DNA of 37,317 nucleotides from an uncultured bacterium (GTDB taxonomy: Bacteria > Hydrogenedentota > Hydrogenedentia > Hydrogenedentales > JAEUWI01), in the NCBI GenBank assembly GCA_963977445.1, contig CAXBPH010000036.1, positions 1 through 37,317 of the forward strand. The letters run 5' to 3'. Numbering within the stretch: the first letter of the stretch is position 1; every line of letters begins with the position of its first letter. The notes beneath the pieces were generated by a model. The model was not told where the DNA came from and made no database searches. It saw only the letters and a program-made list of their open reading frames with translations. The translations under genes were made by a program, and so were the position numbers. Shown here one piece after another: positions 32,273-37,317 of this stretch.

Positions 32273-34353
32273 GACAGATCCTCGCTAAAGGTCATGATTA
32301 CCCCATGTTCAACCGCCCCCAATTCGTCATAACCCCAATACGTCACGGGGCGGCCGTTCTCCGTGTCCTGGAGGCTGGCGTTGATGCGCCACCGTCTTCC
32401 TGCTTCGGGTTTTAGCGTTGGACTGAAATTTGCCAGGGGTATCCGAATCTCCACCTGCCAACCGTCGTCCCACACAGCTGTTGCCGCTTCCCAATCACAG
32501 TTCCACGGCAGCTCCCCCGCGCCCGCTTGATAGTTTCCGGTGATCTCGCCGTCACGGTCTATCCCCACGACGAAACGTCCTGATTGAATGTTGGCGGATT
32601 CCAAGCCAGGTTCCAAGACTATTTCCAGCCGCGTTCCAAGTGTAACGTGATCGGTGTCGAGACCGAGGTAGACCGCCTCGGGTGACCACAAGGCCCGGAT
32701 TCCAGGCACCGCGGTACCGTCGTCGATTTCAGTATTCTCGCGGGGACGCCTCCATGCGAATTCATCGAGCGCTCCGTCTACGACTATTGCGGTTTCCAGC
32801 GGAAAAACCGTCAAGCGGCCTGCCGGAAAGCTGGGCATGAGCGCCTCGATATCTCGGGCCCAGGGCAGCTTTCTGGGAAGCAACTCGTTGTACAGCAGGC
32901 ATTGTACCGATTGATTGGATTCCAGGGCGAGAACAAACTGTGACTGGTCCATGGGAATGTCGATGGGTTTAGCCTGCAGGTGCAATGACGTGCGGGCATT
33001 GTCTCGCGTGTTTAATTTAGTTAGTGTAAAGGAGAATTTATTGTCGCTAGGATCCAGCAAGGCCGCACCGTGAAAGGTCCCGTAGCGAATACTCCCGATC
33101 GCGGGCCTTAGGTACTCCCCCCACTCCCCCCGGACCGTATAGCGCCCCTTCTCCGCGCCCGGTTTCAGTGCCAATTTCCACAGGCCCATGTCGGCAAGTA
33201 CGACAATACTCGCGGGACCACCTTTGGTAGCCTGGGAAAACATCCAGGTCGCTTCCTCCGTTGCGGGTCCCTCCACGGGTTCGGGTCGCAGAAATACGAC
33301 GGTATTGTCGAGAATGGAACTCGTTGCTGTCGGCTTCGGGCGTGCTGGCCCGGACGGCCGCGTGGCGGTAACCCATAGTGTTGCGGCCACTGCAAGGAAG
33401 AGGACGGCGAACAGGCCTCTGACCAACGGGCGTTGTAAGGGCCTGCCGCGGCGCACGAGCCATTCCCGGCGACGTGCCACCCGGACCGTCCTGGCTGAAT
33501 CGCCTTCTTGCATCTTTTCATATTCCGGCGTACCCTGAATCGTGCGCAGAACGTCGGCCGCCGAAGCCGATCCGTTCATTCCGTCGTTCGCCACCAAGGA
33601 ATCCACGCATTCACAAAGCTCTCGCGAAGCGGTTGGCGCTACCGTGGAGAGTGACGGCAGGGGCGACATGAGGTGTTGTCGCATGATGGCCATGGGGGTC
33701 TCACCGGGATAGGCAACCTGGCCGCTGAGCAACTCGAACAGTATGACACCCAGGGAATAGAGGTCCCACCCTGGGAGTGGCTTCAGTCCGTCCCACGCGG
33801 CTGGCGGCGCGTAACGCGGGGTACCCATGAAGAATCCGCTCGCGGAGTGCCCCTTGACGGAATCCATAAGATGGCCAGCGTAAGCCGTGGCCAGGCCAAA
33901 ATCTGTGATCTTGGCGGTGCCGTTCTGCGTGAGCAATACGTTCGCCGGTTTGATGTCCCGGTGGATAACGCCGACGCTATGGCATGCGGCCAACCCTTCC
34001 AGGATGTCAACGGCGATTCGAACGGCAACGGGCGGCGCAATCGTCTTGGAGCGGGCGATCTTGTCCAGAGAGTGCCCCTCGACATATTCCATGTCGATAA
34101 GAAACGTGTCTTTTACAAGCTCCAGGCCGTGGACAAATACAACATTGGGATGATGGAGGGATGACACCGACCGGGCTTCTTCTTGAAACCGATTGACAAA
34201 CGAGGCATCCCGGTTCAGGTGATCGTACAGCACTTTTAAGGCGACGGTCCGTTTGAGCAGCAGGTCCTCGGCAAGGTACACCACCCCCATGCCGCCGCGC
34301 CCCAATTCACGAATGATTTTGTACTTCTCTGATTCCAGGACAAACGTGCCCAA
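32269..34353 (-). CDS. Hanks-type Ser/Thr kinase with TM helix and C-terminal CBM9-like extracytoplasmic domain
   Basis: LGRGGMGVVY, VALK, HRDIKPAN, DFG, GTPRY; TM GLFAVLFLAVAATLWV; IVVDGALDEFAW...WQVEIRIPL; AAGGGAG RBS before TTG. Confidence 0.93.
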   Translation of the reverse strand: MGTFVLESEKYKIIRELGRGGMGVVYLAEDLLLKRTVALKVLYDHLNRDASFVNRFQEEARSVSSLHHPNVVFVHGLELVKDTFLIDMEYVEGHSLDKIARSKTIAPPVAVRIAVDILEGLAACHSVGVIHRDIKPANVLLTQNGTAKITDFGLATAYAGHLMDSVKGHSASGFFMGTPRYAPPAAWDGLKPLPGWDLYSLGVILFELLSGQVAYPGETPMAIMRQHLMSPLPSLSTVAPTASRELCECVDSLVANDGMNGSASAADVLRTIQGTPEYEKMQEGDSARTVRVARRREWLVRRGRPLQRPLVRGLFAVLFLAVAATLWVTATRPSGPARPKPTATSSILDNTVVFLRPEPVEGPATEEATWMFSQATKGGPASIVVLADMGLWKLALKPGAEKGRYTVRGEWGEYLRPAIGSIRYGTFHGAALLDPSDNKFSFTLTKLNTRDNARTSLHLQAKPIDIPMDQSQFVLALESNQSVQCLLYNELLPRKLPWARDIEALMPSFPAGRLTVFPLETAIVVDGALDEFAWRRPRENTEIDDGTAVPGIRALWSPEAVYLGLDTDHVTLGTRLEIVLEPGLESANIQSGRFVVGIDRDGEITGNYQAGAGELPWNCDWEAATAVWDDGWQVEIRIPLANFSPTLKPEAGRRWRINASLQDTENGRPVTYWGYDELGAVEHGVIMTFSEDLS

Positions 34354-34547
34354 TATCGGGGCTCCCTTATTTCCAAGTGTACCCGAAAACTTATCCAGTG
34401 TTCGGTCTACTCCTCACCTCATGTCTCGAATTCTATTGAACAGAATGTATTGTGCATAAATCGCTACTTCCATGTACAATAACGGCCACCGGGTTTGACT
34501 CCTAATTTTCTGGGCAGGCATTGATTCAATCGGGAGGTGTTCCAACC

Positions 34548-36392
34548 ATGTTCATCGTTCTTCGGAACCTTTCCGCCAACGGCTTCAGCTGGAAGTTGGG
34601 CACCGAGCCCCTGCTCATCGGACGCGGACACGATTGTGATATCCGGGTATTCGATTCGGAGTTGTCGCGGCAACACGCCAAAGTCTGGCTGGATAGGGAC
34701 TTGGTTCATTTCGAGGATCTGGGTTCCAGCAATGCCACGTTGGCAAATGGGAAACCGTGCATCGCGGGCACCTTGAAGCCGGGAGACACGCTCGGCGCGG
34801 GGTCGACCATATTCCTGATCGCCGAGGATCTCGATGATTTTGAATCCGATCAGTCCACGAACCCCGAGAAAACGCCCATAACACTTTCTGCCCGGATTGA
34901 ATCCTATGTGGGGGCTCCAGGCGAGGACGGCCAAGAGTCCTCCACCCACCGCACGGTGCATGAGCTCCATGACCTGTTTCAATTTGGGCGGGCGATGGGT
35001 GCCGTGGAAACCGTGTGCGAGCTGGCGGGATTGTTGGAGCGAACACTGCGCGAACAGTTTGAGCCTCATGACCTGTGGATCGCCTGGCGCTATGCGAACG
35101 ACCAGCCCATGCTATTAGAGGGAACAGAACCCCTCGAAAGGCGGGATGATCCCCCACTCGATCTCCTGCACCGCGCCCTCAATTCACGGGAAGGCGTGGT
35201 TACCCCTTCCGTGTATCGATCCGGGGACCTCCGGATTCGTGAAACGCTTATGGCCGTTCCCCTGGTCCACGCGGACCAGGCCTTGGGCGGCTTCGTGCTG
35301 CGCGGACGGATGCCCGGTCGCCTCTACGCCGAAGACGACCTGCACTATGCCTTGGGGATCGCCGCCATCGTCGCGCCGCACGTCCGGGCCGTGCGCCATG
35401 CGGAACAACTCCGCCGCGACAATCGGGTCCTGCAATCCCGCGTTGGCTACAGTGAAGCCCTCCTGGGAGAAAGTCCGCTCATGGCGGAGGTGCGGGTCAA
35501 GCTGGCACGCGCGGGCACCAGCGCCCTGCCTGTACTTCTCCACGGCGAGACGGGCACGGGAAAGGAACTGGCCGCGCGGATGCTCCACGACGCAAGTCCC
35601 CGGCGAGAAGGGCCGTATGTGGTGGTGAATTGCGCGGCTATCCCCGACCATCTCTTCGAGAGTGAATTCTTCGGCCATGAAATAGGTGCCTTCACCGGAG
35701 CCACAAAACAGCGCCTGGGCTACTTTGAGGAGGCCCACGGCGGCACCCTTTTCCTTGATGAGGTGGGCGATCTCTCCACGGAAAATCAGGCCCGCATCCT
35801 GCGCGCCATTGAGACCAACACCTTTCGGCGGGTGGGCGGCAACGCGCCCATTCATGTCGATGTCCGCATCGTGTCCGCCACCAACAAATCCCTGGAGGCC
35901 CCTGACTTTCGTCTCGATCTGCTTCACCGGCTGAATAATATTACTATCTCAATGCCACCGCTACGGGAACGCCCAGAAGATATCCCCATGTTCATCGAGC
36001 ACTTCATGCGCATCAGCGGCAGCCACGGGCCGGAGCGCGTAACCCATGTCCATCCAGACGCCCTCATTCACCTCCAAAAACATCCCTGGCCGGGAAACGT
36101 GCGCGAACTCAAGGCCCTCATCGACCGCGCCATCGTTTTCGCCACGAGCCACGAACTCCGCTCCAAAGACTTCCCCTTTGCGCCCGGCGAATTCTCAGGA
36201 TCGAACACTTCGGATGTGCAATCACGCGACAACTGCGACACTCCTGCCCCCCTTCCCTTGGCCGAAATCGAGCGCGTACACATCCAGCACGTGCTGCAGA
36301 TCTGCGATGGAAACATCGCCGAAGCCGCCCGAATACTGCAAATGAACCGGGCCACGCTCTACCGACGGATCGCGGAATATGGTGTGAACTAA
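34548..36392 (+). CDS. FHA-GAF-sigma54 enhancer-binding transcriptional activator with Fis-type HTH
   Basis: ATG at 34548 with GGGAGG RBS; FHA (IGR..SRQHA..DLGSSNAT), GETGTGKE, GAFTGA, LFLDEVG, WPGNVREL, GNIAEAARILQMNRATLYRR. Confidence 0.95.
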   Translation: MFIVLRNLSANGFSWKLGTEPLLIGRGHDCDIRVFDSELSRQHAKVWLDRDLVHFEDLGSSNATLANGKPCIAGTLKPGDTLGAGSTIFLIAEDLDDFESDQSTNPEKTPITLSARIESYVGAPGEDGQESSTHRTVHELHDLFQFGRAMGAVETVCELAGLLERTLREQFEPHDLWIAWRYANDQPMLLEGTEPLERRDDPPLDLLHRALNSREGVVTPSVYRSGDLRIRETLMAVPLVHADQALGGFVLRGRMPGRLYAEDDLHYALGIAAIVAPHVRAVRHAEQLRRDNRVLQSRVGYSEALLGESPLMAEVRVKLARAGTSALPVLLHGETGTGKELAARMLHDASPRREGPYVVVNCAAIPDHLFESEFFGHEIGAFTGATKQRLGYFEEAHGGTLFLDEVGDLSTENQARILRAIETNTFRRVGGNAPIHVDVRIVSATNKSLEAPDFRLDLLHRLNNITISMPPLRERPEDIPMFIEHFMRISGSHGPERVTHVHPDALIHLQKHPWPGNVRELKALIDRAIVFATSHELRSKDFPFAPGEFSGSNTSDVQSRDNCDTPAPLPLAEIERVHIQHVLQICDGNIAEAARILQMNRATLYRRIAEYGVN

Positions 36393-36484
36393 CGGGTTAC
36401 ACGCATTTCTTGCGGCATAATTTCGCTGTTACCTTCTGAGTAAGACCTCACCCCCCGCAACACAGCCGTCAACTATTTGTCACC

Positions 36485-36501
36485 TTGGCCAGAATCTTGC
36501 T
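36485..36501 (+). promoter_or_regulatory. sigma54 (-24/-12) promoter, with an IHF-like site just upstream
   Basis: TTGGCCAGAATCTTGCT = TGGC-N7-TTGC; CGTCAACTATTTG at ~36467-36479 resembles WATCAANNNNTTR. Confidence 0.65.
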
Positions 36502-36723
36502 CTATATCCTCGATGATGCAAGTGCATAAATCCTTTCGGATCGTTGCAATTGTATCGGTGATCAAGGTGGCAGTTACTTCCCACGAGAGAATCCGTCGTT
36601 GTAGATGGACCAGTGCTACGTCCGGCTTCGCGCAAGTGCTGAGGTGAACTGCGGCACCGATGGTTACGGATGTATGGAGTAGGTAGTGGGCCGGTGCGAT
36701 CCAAACTTGGGAAGGGAATTGAG

Positions 36724-37317
36724 ATGCGGGGACTCTTGGGCGCGTTGAATCCAGTTATTCTGGTGGTTGCACTTTGCGCGGGAATGTTGAACGAGGCATC
36801 GGCTGCAGAGCCGGCGACCGTTGGGGCTACACCGGAAATCCGCCGGACCGTCCCGCTCGACACGCAGTTCGAAGGGGATGAGGAGCATATCGGCTTTGAT
36901 GCGGTTCGAAAAGCCATTGGGCTGGGCAACGTCAGGTCGATTCCCCCGGAAAAAAGTACCGTTGCTTCATCGAACTCGGTACAGATTGCAACCAAGCCCT
37001 TGGCGGGCACTTCCGTCGCGACGGGAAAAAGCTCCGGGGTAAATCCTGAAGGTAAGACGGATAGCGGAAAAACCGTGGGTGCAAATCCAGAAGACGTATT
37101 GGTCTATCATCCCGAGGTATTGCTGACGGACAGTTCCTACTTCATTCTCAGCAATGGCATGGAGTCATTTGGCCCGTATACATCCATTAACAACGCGGGT
37201 ACGATCGCATTCAAGACCGCCATGCGACGTAGTGACGGACTGTTGGGACAGAATCTGGCGATCGTCGAGGACTACAACTTCGCCGAATTCCTGTACAACA
37301 GAACTGACGTCTTCATG
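36724..37317 (+). CDS. Secreted hypothetical protein, N-terminal 198 aa (truncated by window edge)
   Basis: Manual translation MRGLLGALNPVILVVALCAGMLNEASAAEP... is open to the end; signal peptide ASA-A; purine-rich RBS. Confidence 0.8.
   Translation, partial: MRGLLGALNPVILVVALCAGMLNEASAAEPATVGATPEIRRTVPLDTQFEGDEEHIGFDAVRKAIGLGNVRSIPPEKSTVASSNSVQIATKPLAGTSVATGKSSGVNPEGKTDSGKTVGANPEDVLVYHPEVLLTDSSYFILSNGMESFGPYTSINNAGTIAFKTAMRRSDGLLGQNLAIVEDYNFAEFLYNRTDVFM

Noticed and set aside
36207..36224. ACTTCGGATGTGCAATC as another palindrome copy
   Set aside because: Only the left half matches and it lies within a CDS; likely chance.

Overview
The window has three blocks. (1) 1-13.1 kb: a minus-strand pair of secreted-protein genes behind a sigma54-type promoter. 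One is a ~409-aa Gly-rich protein. The other is a giant (>3857 aa) surface protein that runs off the left edge and is absent from the ORF track; it has WD40, NHL, Ig/CARDB, PA14-like and Ca-binding repeats and an EGEGEG tract reminiscent of Ca. Hydrogenedentes proteins. (2) ~13.5-30.1 kb: a mobile-element-like island with no integrase or VirB4 visible. It carries two AbiE-like/nucleotidyltransferase TA pairs, an orphan Dam-family methylase, an esterase, two paralogous small putative ssDNA-binding proteins, a DUF932-like gene, and a four-gene cluster (Replic_Relax/MOBC-like relaxase, wHTH protein, polytopic VirD4/TraD-like ATPase, coiled-coil lipoprotein). Its non-coding DNA is highly organised: an 18-bp palindrome ACTTCGGACGTCCGAAGT repeated between gene modules, a dif-like site, and a ~0.9-kb array of repeated, covarying hairpins upstream of the relaxase that appears to fold on the minus strand. 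(3) 30.1-37.3 kb: an ELWxxDGT-repeat protein and a membrane Ser/Thr kinase, divergent from an FHA-GAF-sigma54 activator, followed by a second sigma54 promoter and a truncated secreted protein. All family calls come from motif recognition by eye; no searches were run.
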